Assembly (NCBI GenBank): GCA_965140415.1
Contig: OZ223209.1
Location: forward strand, 288,001 to 352,000
From: Myxococcota bacterium
Lineage (GTDB): Bacteria; Myxococcota_A; SURF-8
DNA: 64,000 nucleotides
Direction: 5' to 3'
The notes beneath the pieces are model-generated. The model was given only the letters and a program-made list of their open reading frames with translations. It did no database searches and was not told where the DNA came from. The translations under genes were made by a program, and so were the position numbers. Numbering within the stretch: the first letter of the stretch is position 1; every line of letters starts with the position of its first letter. Of the stretch, positions 40,213 through 49,971 are shown piece by piece.

Positions 40213-41583
40213 ATGAGGGTACAGCAATCACCGAGGCCTGCTCTCGTGGCCGTATTTTTTGCGGTCCTGATTTCTCTTGTTTTTCTAGTAGGTTGTGGCG
40301 CGAAAGCACGACCGGAGGCGCAGACTGCCGCCGAACCGCTGGCCATTAAGAATATCCAGGTCAGTGCGGAATCGGGTCGTCTGCGCATACAATGGAGCCT
40401 GCCGGCAGCGGAAATCAGCAAGGTGGCCGGTGTGCGCATTTACCGCAAACACTGGCCCACCGGCACCGCCGATCCGGCGCAGATCAAAACCCTGCTGATG
40501 GGCGAACTGCCCGCCACGAAACAGAGTGTAGACGGTCGCCTGGTTTATGACGACCGCGACATCCAAACGACCAACAGCTACGAATACCATCTGTTCGCCT
40601 ACGACGCGGAAAAGAAACTGGGACCGGACTACATGATTGGCCCCTTTACTCCCGTTTTCCCGACGGAGCAGGTAAAGGGCCTGGTCGCCCAGGCGGGAGA
40701 CGGCGTGGTGCAACTTAGCTGGATGGCAGTCACGGGCGCAGTCGATCCGGAAAGCGGTGAAATCGCCAACGACACCGGCCTGCGCGTCGATCTCTATCGC
40801 GCCGAGGGCGAGCAGGGACCGTACACGCCCCAGGCCATCAACGATAAGCCCCTTGTTTCAACTGGTTACGAAGACTACGACGTGCGCCCCAGCAAGAAAA
40901 TGCGTTACCAGGCCCGGCTGGTGCGTATCGAAAAGGGAGTGCGTCTGCTCGGTCCGTTGACCCCGGAAGTCTCCGTTACGGTGCAGGACAATACGCCCCC
41001 TGCGGCGGCACAGGTGCTTGAAAGCGAAGCCATCGAAGGCGGCGTGCGGCTGTTGTGGCAGCCGGTGCCGGATCGTGGTTTGCTGGGTTATCAGGTTTTA
41101 CGCCGCAGCGCCAAACAGGAGCCGAAGGCATTTGCCCCGGTTTCCGGCCTGTTGACGGTGGACGAATTCACCGACCGCACAGTGGCCGATCCCGATACCT
41201 ACGTGTATCAGGTGATTGCCATCGATCGCGCGGGGAATCGTTCGCAGTCCGCCGAACGATCCATCGTGTACCCCAAACCGGAATCTCCGGCGCCCGCTCC
41301 GGCTCCGACGGAGGGAACGACTCCCGCCGCCGAAGAAAAACCTGTAGCCGCTCCGGCTGCAACCGCCGCCCCCGCAACGGAAAAGAAACCCGAAGCGGCT
41401 CCGGCGACGACGGAAGCTCCCGCAGCAGTCGCCGAACCGAAAAAAGAAGCCGCACCTGCAACAGCCGAACCGGTAGCTCCCGCAGAGGAAAAGAAAACGG
41501 AAGCGGCTCCGGCTCAGTCGGAACAGACAGAGCCTGCCGTAGAAGAGCCGCCCATCGTGCCGGTGCTGGTGCCTTTGCAATAA
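40213..41583 (+). CDS. Fibronectin type III-like lipoprotein with an Ala/Pro/Glu-rich tail
   Basis: Lipobox LVGC. 'VQLSW', 'DNTPP' and 'YVYQVIAIDRAGNRS'. Confidence 0.75.
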   Translation: MRVQQSPRPALVAVFFAVLISLVFLVGCGAKARPEAQTAAEPLAIKNIQVSAESGRLRIQWSLPAAEISKVAGVRIYRKHWPTGTADPAQIKTLLMGELPATKQSVDGRLVYDDRDIQTTNSYEYHLFAYDAEKKLGPDYMIGPFTPVFPTEQVKGLVAQAGDGVVQLSWMAVTGAVDPESGEIANDTGLRVDLYRAEGEQGPYTPQAINDKPLVSTGYEDYDVRPSKKMRYQARLVRIEKGVRLLGPLTPEVSVTVQDNTPPAAAQVLESEAIEGGVRLLWQPVPDRGLLGYQVLRRSAKQEPKAFAPVSGLLTVDEFTDRTVADPDTYVYQVIAIDRAGNRSQSAERSIVYPKPESPAPAPAPTEGTTPAAEEKPVAAPAATAAPATEKKPEAAPATTEAPAAVAEPKKEAAPATAEPVAPAEEKKTEAAPAQSEQTEPAVEEPPIVPVLVPLQ

Positions 41584-41630
41584 GCGCACTACGCCTGCCT
41601 AACTCGAACTTCAAGGATAGGAGGAGCGAC

Positions 41631-42506
41631 TTGGAACTCCATGGTGTTCTAACAGCATTAATCACACCGTTTAAAAACGGTGAAATCGATATTCCGGCTT
41701 TAAAAGCGCTGGTGAAACGACAATTGGACGCGGGTGTCCATGGTCTTGTGCCGCTTGGATCGACCGGCGAAGCCGCGACCATTTCGTTTGAGGAACGGGA
41801 AACCGTCATTCGCGTCGTGTTGGAAGAAGTCGCAGGGCGCGTACCCGTCGTGGTTGGTGCGGGAACCAATTCGACCGCCAGCACCATCGACATGGTGAAA
41901 CAGGCCAAGGAACTGGGCGCGGACTACGCCATGAGCGTGACGCCCTATTACAATAAGCCGACACCGGAAGGCATGCTCGCGCACTATCGCGCCATTCTGG
42001 AGGCGGTGGATATTCCGTTGTTAGCATACAACGTTCCGGGCCGTACCGGGATCAACGTCGCACCCGCACTGGCGGCTCAGTTGGCCGAATTGCCTGGTTT
42101 GGTGGGTTTGAAGGAAGCCAGCGGCAACATCATGCAAGTCAGTGAGATCGCTTCGTTAACGGAAGGAAAACTGGCGCTGTTCTCCGGCGAGGATCAACTC
42201 TTTTACTCGATTCTGACACTGGGTGGCGCGGGCGTCATCTGTACCTGCTCCAATATCCAGCCGGAACGGTTCGTGGAGTTGTACAAGCGCTATACGGATG
42301 GCGATCTGGCGGGTGCGCGCAAGATTCAATGGGAATTGCTGCCATTAATCAAGCTGATGTTCACCTTTACCAACCCGGTGGCGGTCAAGGCGGCTTCTAC
42401 CCTGCTTGGGCTGGTGGGTAACGAACTGCGCCTGCCGTTGACGCCGTTGGACGGCGCACAGCTTGATTCTATTCGCACCGGATTGAACAAAATCGGTTTA
42501 CTCTAA
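41631..42506 (+). CDS. dapA: 4-hydroxy-tetrahydrodipicolinate synthase
   Basis: RBS AGGAGGAG before TTG 41631. GSTGE, PYYNKP, YNVPGRT and KEASG. Confidence 0.96.
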   Translation: MELHGVLTALITPFKNGEIDIPALKALVKRQLDAGVHGLVPLGSTGEAATISFEERETVIRVVLEEVAGRVPVVVGAGTNSTASTIDMVKQAKELGADYAMSVTPYYNKPTPEGMLAHYRAILEAVDIPLLAYNVPGRTGINVAPALAAQLAELPGLVGLKEASGNIMQVSEIASLTEGKLALFSGEDQLFYSILTLGGAGVICTCSNIQPERFVELYKRYTDGDLAGARKIQWELLPLIKLMFTFTNPVAVKAASTLLGLVGNELRLPLTPLDGAQLDSIRTGLNKIGLL

Positions 42507-42524
42507 ATTCGAACGGGAGGATCT

Positions 42525-43328
42525 ATGCCCCTTGGCATCGGAATTTACGGAGCCGCAGGCCGAATGGGCCAGACCCTGCTGCGGCTGATTTTTCAGGCCG
42601 ACGATCTGCACCTGGCGGCGGCTTACGAAGCGGACGGCCATCCCCTGCTCGGCAAGGACGCAGGCAGCCTTTGTGGATTGGAAGAATGCGGCGTTTTGCT
42701 GCAAGCGCTCCCCGAGAAAATCGATGTAGATGTGCTGATCGATTTTTCCCTGCCGCAAGGCACCGCTACGTTATTGGATAAACTACAAACACAACCGCTA
42801 CCCTACATCTGCGGCACGACCGGTTTGGATGAAGCCATGCAGGCGCGTTTACACGACCTGGCCAAACTGACAGCAGTGGTGTGGGCGCCGAATTTCTCTA
42901 CCGGCGTGAGTCTGCTGTTCGATCTGGTTTCAAAAGCGGCGAGCATTTTAGGTGTGGAATCGGATATCGAGATTACGGAAATCCATCACCGCCACAAAAA
43001 AGACGCCCCCAGCGGTACGGCGGCCAAGCTGGCTGAACTGGCGGCGCTCGGGCGCGGATCGGACCCGAAGCAGGATCTGCTTTACGGACGCAAAGGCATT
43101 TCCGGCGAGCGCGAACGCGCCACCATCGGCGTGCATGCGCTGCGCGGCGGTGAAGTCGTCGGCGAACATACGGTGCATTTTCTGGCCGACGGTGAACGGC
43201 TGGAACTGACGCATCGTGCGGGATCGCGCGAAGCCTTTGCCGGTGGCGCGCTCAAAGCGGCTCGCTGGGCGGTTACAAAAGAAGCGGGAATGTATGACAT
43301 GATGAACGTATTGGGATTAGGAAAGTAA
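42525..43328 (+). CDS. dapB: 4-hydroxy-tetrahydrodipicolinate reductase
   Basis: GAAGRMG, GTTG and EIHHRHKKDAPSGTA. Confidence 0.97.
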   Translation: MPLGIGIYGAAGRMGQTLLRLIFQADDLHLAAAYEADGHPLLGKDAGSLCGLEECGVLLQALPEKIDVDVLIDFSLPQGTATLLDKLQTQPLPYICGTTGLDEAMQARLHDLAKLTAVVWAPNFSTGVSLLFDLVSKAASILGVESDIEITEIHHRHKKDAPSGTAAKLAELAALGRGSDPKQDLLYGRKGISGERERATIGVHALRGGEVVGEHTVHFLADGERLELTHRAGSREAFAGGALKAARWAVTKEAGMYDMMNVLGLGK

Positions 43329-43333
43329 GAATT

Positions 43334-44512
43334 ATGGCAGCAAAACGTAAATCTATTCTGGCGCAGCGGGTTCAAGAGCTGCCGCCTTATCTGTTCGCAC
43401 GTATCGACAAACTACGCGACGAAGTTCGCGCACAAGGGGTAGACGTCATCGATTTGGGTGTCGGCGACCCGGATCTGCCCACACCGGCACCGATCGTTCA
43501 GGAAATGGCGCGTGCCATCGAGCGCCCGGCCAATCATCGCTATCCGGCCTATCAAGGCTCCTATGCCTTTCGGCAGTCCTGCGCGAAATATCTGAAGCGC
43601 CGCCTTAAACTCAAGCTGGACCCGGACAAGGAAGTGCTGACGCTGATCGGCTCCAAAGAGGGCATCGCCCACTTGCCGCTGGCCTATGTCGATCCGGGTG
43701 ACGTGGTGCTAGTTCCCAACCCCGGCTATCCCGTGTACGCCATTTCAACGCGCTTCTGCGGCGGCGAACCGGTCTTTATGCCGTTATTGCAGGAAAACGA
43801 TTTTCTGCCCGACTTCAAGAAGATTCCGGCCAGGGTCTGGAACAAAGCCAAAATCATGTTCCTGAATTACCCGAACAACCCCACCGGGGCGCGGGCCACG
43901 GAAGAATTCTTTAAAGAGGCGATTCGCTATGCCGCGAAATACAACGTGTTGATCGCACACGATGCCGCCTATTTCGAAATCTACAGCGGACGCAAACGGC
44001 CCCTGTCGATTCTGGAGCTGGAAGGCGGACGTGATGTGGCCATCGAGTTGTACTCGCACAGCAAAAGCTACAACATGACCGGCTGGCGCGTCGGTTTCGC
44101 CGCCGGACAGCCGGAGGCCATCGACGCCCTTGGGCGCATCAAAAACAACGTAGATTCCGGTGTGTTCACCGCCATTCAAGAAGCGGGCATCGCCGCCAAC
44201 GAAATGGCGGTTTCTGCACAGAACGAACTACGCCGCGTGTACAGCGATCGACGCAAAGCCGCCTTGAAAGTGTTAACCAAAGCCGGTTTCGATGTGTTCG
44301 ACGCCGGGGCGACCTTTTACATCTGGATTCGCACGCCGAACAACCAACCGGCGGCAAGCTTTGCCATGCGCGCCCTTTCCGAAGCTGGAGTCGTGGTGAC
44401 GCCGGGAACCGGTTTCGGTGAGTCGGGCGAAGGTTACTTCCGCTTGGCGCTATGCACCAGTCAAGAGCGCGTGGCCGAAGCGGTGCAGCGTCTGGCTGCT
44501 TTGGCGGACTGA
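43334..44512 (+). CDS. dapL: LL-diaminopimelate aminotransferase (class I/II PLP)
   Basis: LPPYLFA, GSKEGI, NYPNNPTG and SKSYNMTGWRVG; located in the dap operon. Confidence 0.85.
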   Translation: MAAKRKSILAQRVQELPPYLFARIDKLRDEVRAQGVDVIDLGVGDPDLPTPAPIVQEMARAIERPANHRYPAYQGSYAFRQSCAKYLKRRLKLKLDPDKEVLTLIGSKEGIAHLPLAYVDPGDVVLVPNPGYPVYAISTRFCGGEPVFMPLLQENDFLPDFKKIPARVWNKAKIMFLNYPNNPTGARATEEFFKEAIRYAAKYNVLIAHDAAYFEIYSGRKRPLSILELEGGRDVAIELYSHSKSYNMTGWRVGFAAGQPEAIDALGRIKNNVDSGVFTAIQEAGIAANEMAVSAQNELRRVYSDRRKAALKVLTKAGFDVFDAGATFYIWIRTPNNQPAASFAMRALSEAGVVVTPGTGFGESGEGYFRLALCTSQERVAEAVQRLAALAD

Positions 44513-44518
44513 CAAGCG

Positions 44519-45010
44519 ATGCCGTTGGCCGCGATTTCCATCGGCTCCAATATCGGCGATTCGCGCCAGCAGGTTCGGGTGGCGTTCGAGGAGTTGAACG
44601 CATTGCCGCAAACTCGGCTCGTCGCCCATTCGAACCTGTACGAAACCGAACCGGTGGACGTCGTGACTCAACCCTGGTTCGTCAACGCTGCCGCAATTAT
44701 TGAAACCGATCTTACGCCTGAACAATTATTGCAGGCGATGCTTGACATTGAGGCCAAAGCAGGCAGAATTCGAACAGTGGATTCCATTAAGGGGCCACGT
44801 CCCCTGGATCTGGATCTGTTGCTGTTCGAGGATCGCGTGATCGATACGGAGCGTTTGTGCCTGCCCCACCCGCGTATGATGCAACGGCGTTTCGTTTTAG
44901 AGCCTCTACATGAAGTTGCCGCCGATTGGGTGCATCCCGTATGCGGGAAATCCATTTCGGCGTTATTCATTGACTGTACGGACCCGGCCACGGTGCGACG
45001 CATCGAATAA
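44519..45010 (+). CDS. folK: HPPK (folate biosynthesis)
   Basis: GSNIGD, GPRPLDLDLL and PHPRMMQRRFVL. Confidence 0.96.
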   Translation: MPLAAISIGSNIGDSRQQVRVAFEELNALPQTRLVAHSNLYETEPVDVVTQPWFVNAAAIIETDLTPEQLLQAMLDIEAKAGRIRTVDSIKGPRPLDLDLLLFEDRVIDTERLCLPHPRMMQRRFVLEPLHEVAADWVHPVCGKSISALFIDCTDPATVRRIE

Positions 45011-45098
45011 CCGGTAACGATATCTGTTTTTTAAGATACTGTCAGAAGCTCAAAATCGCTGGGGTAAGAAACCGCAGCACCTACAAGGAGAATCGGAA

Positions 45099-45743
45099 AT
45101 GAAATTCTTTATCGACACCGCTGATGTCAATGAAATCAAGGAAGCCATCAGCTATGGTCTGGTGGACGGCGTTACGACCAACCCGTCCTTGATCGCCAAA
45201 ACCGGGCGCTCCTTCGACGACGTGGCCAAGGAAATCCTGCAACTGGTCAGCGGGCCGGTCAGCCTGGAAGTCACCGCACTGGATACTGAAGGTATGCTGA
45301 GTCAGGCGCGTGAACTGGCCAAACTGGGCGACAACGTCGTGATCAAGATCCCGATGACCATGGAAGGTATCGCAGCGGTACGCACCCTGGCGCAGGAAGG
45401 CATCAAGACCAACGTGACCCTGGTTTTCTCGCCGATGCAGGCTCTTTTGGCCGCCAAAGCGGGCGCGACCTACGTTTCCCCGTTTGTGGGTCGGCTGGAC
45501 GATATTTCCGAAGTGGGCATGGATTTGATCGAACAGATCGTACAAATCTACGAAAACTACGGTTTCACCACCGAAGTGCTGGTGGCTTCGATCCGCAACC
45601 CCGTACACGTGGTGGAAAGCGCATTGATGGGCGCAGACGTGGCGACGATCCCTCTGGGTGTCATCAAGCAACTGGCCAAGCATCCGTTGACGGATATCGG
45701 TCTGGACAAGTTCATGAAGGACTGGGAGAAAGTCCCGAAATAG
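45099..45743 (+). CDS. fsa: Fructose-6-phosphate aldolase / small transaldolase
   Basis: [19 protein letters not shown] and [11 protein letters not shown]. Confidence 0.93.
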   Translation: MKFFIDTADVNEIKEAISYGLVDGVTTNPSLIAKTGRSFDDVAKEILQLVSGPVSLEVTALDTEGMLSQARELAKLGDNVVIKIPMTMEGIAAVRTLAQEGIKTNVTLVFSPMQALLAAKAGATYVSPFVGRLDDISEVGMDLIEQIVQIYENYGFTTEVLVASIRNPVHVVESALMGADVATIPLGVIKQLAKHPLTDIGLDKFMKDWEKVPK

Positions 45744-45823
45744 TTTCGTTCATCACGAAGAAGAATCATCATCCAAGCAGACGCAATCCGTTGCTGTAAG
45801 AAACGGGCGCAGGAGAGAGTGGT

Positions 45824-46489
45824 ATGAAAATCGAGAATGGCTGTTACGTTCGCTTTAATTATCTGTTCCGCAATTCGGAAGGCGAAATCGTTTACGAAAG
45901 CAATGTGGACGAGCCGACCTGGTACATTCACGGGCAGAATCTGATTCTGGGAGCCTTCGAAGAAGCCATGGCAGGGCACGAGCAGGGCGAACGCCTGACG
46001 ATCGATCTGAAACCGGAAGATGCGTTCGGAGAGCGGCGCGACGAATTGATCAGCGAAGTAACTTTCGATATGTTACCGGAGGGTTTCGAACCGAAGCTGG
46101 GCGAAATTCTGGAAGCCACCAACGATGACGGCATGGTGCTTCCGATGCAGATTACCGAAGTCAAAGAGAACAGCGTCATCTTGGACGGCAACCATCCGCT
46201 GGCCGGAATGACGCTCGTTTGTGACTTGATGGTCGAGGAAGTGCGCGAAGCCACGAGTGAGGAAACCGCGGAAATGGATCGCCTGATGGCCTCGCCCGGT
46301 TCGCAGGAAGAGGAAAGCGATGAAGCCTCGCCGTTGATCATGGAATTCGGCGGAGACGACGAAGAGGGTACGGAAGTAGACACTCCGACGTGCAGCACCT
46401 GTTCCGGCTGTGCGCCTGTGGTGATCAAAGGAGATAAAGACAAAGGTGGTTCGGGCGGTTGCGGCCCGGACGGATGTTGTGGCTGTTAG
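45824..46489 (+). CDS. slyD: FKBP-type peptidyl-prolyl isomerase, SlyD-like, with a Cys-rich tail
   Basis: PEDAFGE and DGNHPLAG. C-terminal CSTCSGC...CGPDGCCGC. Confidence 0.85.
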   Translation: MKIENGCYVRFNYLFRNSEGEIVYESNVDEPTWYIHGQNLILGAFEEAMAGHEQGERLTIDLKPEDAFGERRDELISEVTFDMLPEGFEPKLGEILEATNDDGMVLPMQITEVKENSVILDGNHPLAGMTLVCDLMVEEVREATSEETAEMDRLMASPGSQEEESDEASPLIMEFGGDDEEGTEVDTPTCSTCSGCAPVVIKGDKDKGGSGGCGPDGCCGC

Positions 46490-46549
46490 TAGTCGCTCGG
46501 ATGTACGTATAGCATAGTCGGGGAACCGGCACAGGAAGGTGGGTGTAGA

Positions 46550-47257
46550 ATGAAAGCGTGTAGACATTTCATGGTGGTTTTAATGGGATGCCTGGTGCTG
46601 AATCTGTCTGGCGTCGCGTGGGCACAGCAAACGGATGCCGCTGCCCCACCTGCTGAAGAATCTGGTGCCGATGCGGTGGAACAACCGACCGAACAAGCGG
46701 TTGAAAAGACTACCGATACCGCCGAAGCAAAAGAAGCCGAGGCCACTAAGGAAGGTTGCGCAGAAGCACAAGACTGCAAAGAAGATATGACGATGGATCT
46801 CGGCGTTCCCGGCGAACCGCCGTTGCCGGGTGCCGTTGCCGTACAGGCAGAGCAGCCGGAACCGGAAGTCACGACGTTGCGCACGCATGGTGGACGCCTG
46901 ATCGGCTCCGGCGTGTTTTTCGCGATTGCCGGTGGCGTGTTGACCGGTGTGGGTGCTGACCAGAATGCCGATGAAGCCTTGTATGCCGGAATCAGCGGGC
47001 TGGGAATAGCAGCCATTCTAGCGGCGGTCGGTATTCCGTTGTTCGTGATGAATCCGGAAGAAGACGTGCAAAAAGAAGAAATGGTTACCTTGCAGTCGAA
47101 ACCGAAAAACGGCAACGTGCAGGTTCTGGAAATGGACGATTTCGAGGCGCAATTGCGCTACGTTGCAAGCCAGCAGACGGCACCCAAGCCGGTTTTGAGC
47201 ATCGCTCCCGCTATTTCGCCGGAATCCGCCGGACTTTTCATGCAGCTCGGATTTTAA
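46550..47257 (+). CDS. Hypothetical exported/membrane protein
   Basis: Signal peptide (AWA), acidic linker, Gly-rich hydrophobic hairpin, C-terminal 'APAISPESAGLFMQLGF'. Confidence 0.65.
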   Translation: MKACRHFMVVLMGCLVLNLSGVAWAQQTDAAAPPAEESGADAVEQPTEQAVEKTTDTAEAKEAEATKEGCAEAQDCKEDMTMDLGVPGEPPLPGAVAVQAEQPEPEVTTLRTHGGRLIGSGVFFAIAGGVLTGVGADQNADEALYAGISGLGIAAILAAVGIPLFVMNPEEDVQKEEMVTLQSKPKNGNVQVLEMDDFEAQLRYVASQQTAPKPVLSIAPAISPESAGLFMQLGF

Positions 47258-47267
47258 GCTGATTTAC

Positions 47268-47302
47268 AATGCCCTTCGGCTTTACTGTCGAAGGGCATTT
47301 TT
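47268..47302 (+). terminator. Rho-independent terminator
   Basis: AATGCCCTTCGGC-TTTACT-GTCGAAGGGCATT followed by TTT. Confidence 0.85.
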
Positions 47303-47307
47303 GTGTG

Positions 47308-47463
47308 TAGACTAGGTATCAGTCATATTTAGCCACTGATTCCATGAATTTGTGCCATAGTCTTACGCGATCGAAGATCGTGGAAGGCTGTGTGTCTTCA
47401 ATAGGTTACACACGGCCTCCCGGAATTTTCATTCCGTGAGACCATGGCACATCCCGATTACTC
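47308..47463. repeat. REPIN-like inverted REP doublet, family 2, copy 2
   Basis: Ends TGTGCCATAGTCTTA / TGAGACCATGGCACA are inverted repeats. Matches 30907-31052. Confidence 0.9.
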
Positions 47464-47512
47464 GATGGACAGGAATGAGTAGTATCTATTCGAAATACAA
47501 GGGAGACGAATC

Positions 47513-48670
47513 ATGAGCAAGCGCTTGCATCTGGATTGCACGGGCGGCATTGCCGGAGATATGTTTATTTCCGCTCTCACCGGCTTGCCCATGGATATCG
47601 AAGCCTGGTGGGAGATCATGGATCGTCTGCCGCTGCCGGAATGGGAAGCGTCGTTTCCGGAGCGGTCGGAATGCGGCTTGATGTGCCGTACTTTGAAATT
47701 GACGTTGCCCGGCGGCCCCGGCGACCCGCGCGACGTGCGCTCGATCCGGCAGACCATCTTACAAGCCAAGCTGCCTTCCGAAGTGGAAGAGAATTCGTTG
47801 GCGCTATTGCAACTGCTGGCCGAAGCCGAAGGCAAGGTGCATGGCGAAGAACCGGATCTGGTTCATTTTCACGAACTGGCCGGATTCGATTCCATCTTCG
47901 ATCTGGTCGGTGCGGCGGCGGCGGTGCATCTGCTGCAGCCGGTGACGATCAGTTGCTCGTCGTTGCCATTGGGACACGGTACGGTGCAGACCGCGCACGG
48001 CGAATTGCCACTGCCGGTTCCGGTGGCGCTGGAACTGCTCGATGGCCTGCCGGTGCATCCGGTTGATATTGCAGGTGAAACCATTACCCCCACCGGGGCG
48101 GCCATTGCGCGTCATTTTGCAGGTTCCTTTTCCACTTTTGCCCAAGGTGCGATTCTGGCTCACGCCCAAAGCGCCGGGACAAGAAAGAATGCGCGTATTC
48201 CCAACATGCTGCGCGCCATCTTATTGGAGGAAGACGCCGGGGATTCGGAAACGCTGTGGGTATTGGAATGCAACCTGGACAATATGAATCCCGAACATAC
48301 GGATTTTCTTTTCGCCCGCCTGTTCGAAGCCGGGGCGCTGGATGTCTGGCTCAGTTCGATTCAGATGAAGAAAAACCGCCCGGCCCAGACCGTTTCCGTT
48401 TTAGTGCGCCCGAATCTGGCCGACGAGATGCAGCGGCTGCTCTACCTGCACACACCGACAATCGGTGTTCGGCGCTTTGCGGTGCAGCGTCATGCTCTTA
48501 AACGCAGCGAGGAGTTCCGTGAAACTCCATTGGGGACCGTGCGCGGAAAGCGCATCGACGCACCAGACGGTTCACGCTGGATGCCGGAATACGATGAACT
48601 GGCTCGTATCGCCTCAGAGCGCGGCTGGTCGATTCGTCAGGTGTTGGAAGCGCTTTCAGCCACGAGCTAA
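47513..48670 (+). CDS. larC: Nickel-pincer cofactor biosynthesis protein LarC
   Basis: DCTGGIAGDM, AEGKVHG, VHFHE, TPTGAA, GALDV, MKKNRP and PEYDE. Confidence 0.9.
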   Translation: MSKRLHLDCTGGIAGDMFISALTGLPMDIEAWWEIMDRLPLPEWEASFPERSECGLMCRTLKLTLPGGPGDPRDVRSIRQTILQAKLPSEVEENSLALLQLLAEAEGKVHGEEPDLVHFHELAGFDSIFDLVGAAAAVHLLQPVTISCSSLPLGHGTVQTAHGELPLPVPVALELLDGLPVHPVDIAGETITPTGAAIARHFAGSFSTFAQGAILAHAQSAGTRKNARIPNMLRAILLEEDAGDSETLWVLECNLDNMNPEHTDFLFARLFEAGALDVWLSSIQMKKNRPAQTVSVLVRPNLADEMQRLLYLHTPTIGVRRFAVQRHALKRSEEFRETPLGTVRGKRIDAPDGSRWMPEYDELARIASERGWSIRQVLEALSATS

Positions 48671-49693
48671 AGGCGGGTTTTCGAATGATGCATAGCGGGA
48701 AGCGGCGGACTCGAAACGGTCGTCCAGTCCCGCTGCCGCCTGCAAGGCACGTCGTAGGAAATACCCACGCGCGGCTTCATCCTTTCTCATATGAAAAAAC
48801 AACGCCGTCTGAACTCCGAAAATGAATCCGTAATAGTTCAGTTTGCTTTTGTATTTGGGCGGGAAAGAGCGCTGCGCCTCGTAGCCGTCGTGAATGAGTT
48901 GATAGAAATCCGCTTCGTGTACGTGGGTGTATAGCGAGCAGATATCGACCAGTGGAGATCCGGCGGCGGCCTGGGTGAAGTTGACGAACCCGGTGATTTT
49001 TTTCTGCTCTCGATCTACCCATAGATTGGCGAACTGCAAGTTATTGTGCGTCAGTCCCAACGATTCCCCGATCATCACCGATTTAGATTTCTCACCGAAT
49101 TCCAGTAGTTGCTGGACCAACCCTTCATCGAGCATCTGGCTGGCCTGCACGTGTTTCATGACCGTATCCGCCATCAAACCAAAATACTTCTGCCAGGGGC
49201 CTGGATGCACCCCGTTGCCTTCGACTGAAATCAGCCCGGCACCTTTGACCTGAATGGAATGGATACGCGCCAGAAAGCGGCCAATCTGTTCTCCGATTTT
49301 CTCTTTTTCATCATTCGAAAACGAATCACCTGCGGCATAGCTGCGTGCAATCGGTTCGCCGTCGATTTTCTGTACAACCAAAGCGGGGCGCTCCACAAAC
49401 TCGCTGTTGGACTCTACCCCAATCGGCCTGGTCAGCGGAACGTGCAGGTTCAAATCCAACGTGGAACGATTGAAGCGATCCAGTTGATCGAGAATGTTGT
49501 ATTCCCGGTGAAGGATGGTAAAGTCACGGTTTTTCGGTTCCGCTTTCAGAATTTTGACCCAATAATCACCAACCTCGTAGGTATCGCAGGCCGGATCGAT
49601 CGGAACGCCATGAACCTGTTCCGGATCGGTTTCAAAATCCGATTTGAATTTCTGTATGAGTGAGATCAGATTTTCGGCGTTCGCTTGACTCAT
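48656..49693 (-). CDS. Aminoglycoside phosphotransferase (APH)-fold protein, probable pseudokinase
   Basis: VKI, REY, GRFLARIH, THNNLQFAN and GFVNF...GSPLVD. Confidence 0.7.
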   Translation of the reverse strand: MSQANAENLISLIQKFKSDFETDPEQVHGVPIDPACDTYEVGDYWVKILKAEPKNRDFTILHREYNILDQLDRFNRSTLDLNLHVPLTRPIGVESNSEFVERPALVVQKIDGEPIARSYAAGDSFSNDEKEKIGEQIGRFLARIHSIQVKGAGLISVEGNGVHPGPWQKYFGLMADTVMKHVQASQMLDEGLVQQLLEFGEKSKSVMIGESLGLTHNNLQFANLWVDREQKKITGFVNFTQAAAGSPLVDICSLYTHVHEADFYQLIHDGYEAQRSFPPKYKSKLNYYGFIFGVQTALFFHMRKDEAARGYFLRRALQAAAGLDDRFESAASRYASFENPPLARG

Positions 49694-49805
49694 GGGTTCC
49701 TCCATCGGCGTATTGATCGATGCTGAAACTGTAACAGAGAATGGGCGTTGACGCACCTTCTTTTCGCAGTTGAACATCTGCGTTACACCAAACCCACAGC
49801 GGCAA

Positions 49806-49834
49806 TTGACACGCATTCCCGGTCATGTTACCTT
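49806..49834 (+). promoter_or_regulatory. Sigma70-type promoter for the radical SAM operon
   Basis: TTGACA-17 bp-TACCTT, with TG at the extended -10 position. Confidence 0.6.
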
Positions 49835-49971
49835 TATGTGTAAGGCGTATCATCACGGTTTTGTATTGCACCGAATCGCCAGGAATTCCGAGCCGTTTCC
49901 GCTCTGCAAGTGGAGCGGTCCTTTGTTTTGCCTTTCGAACCATTCGGCAGGCACGCCACGATGAGGATAGC

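Noticed and set aside
41055-41630. Long N-terminal extension of DapA (483-aa ORF)
   Set aside because: It overlaps the FN3 lipoprotein out of frame; a strong RBS precedes TTG 41631.
48656-49693. Aminoglycoside resistance gene
   Set aside because: Only fold-level similarity, and the catalytic aspartates are absent.
49840-49965. Cobalamin riboswitch in the leader of the B12 radical SAM operon
   Set aside because: There are hairpins and a faint resemblance (GAATTCCGAGCCG...CCGCTCTGCAA), but no GGGAA element or B12 box; it would need an Infernal search.
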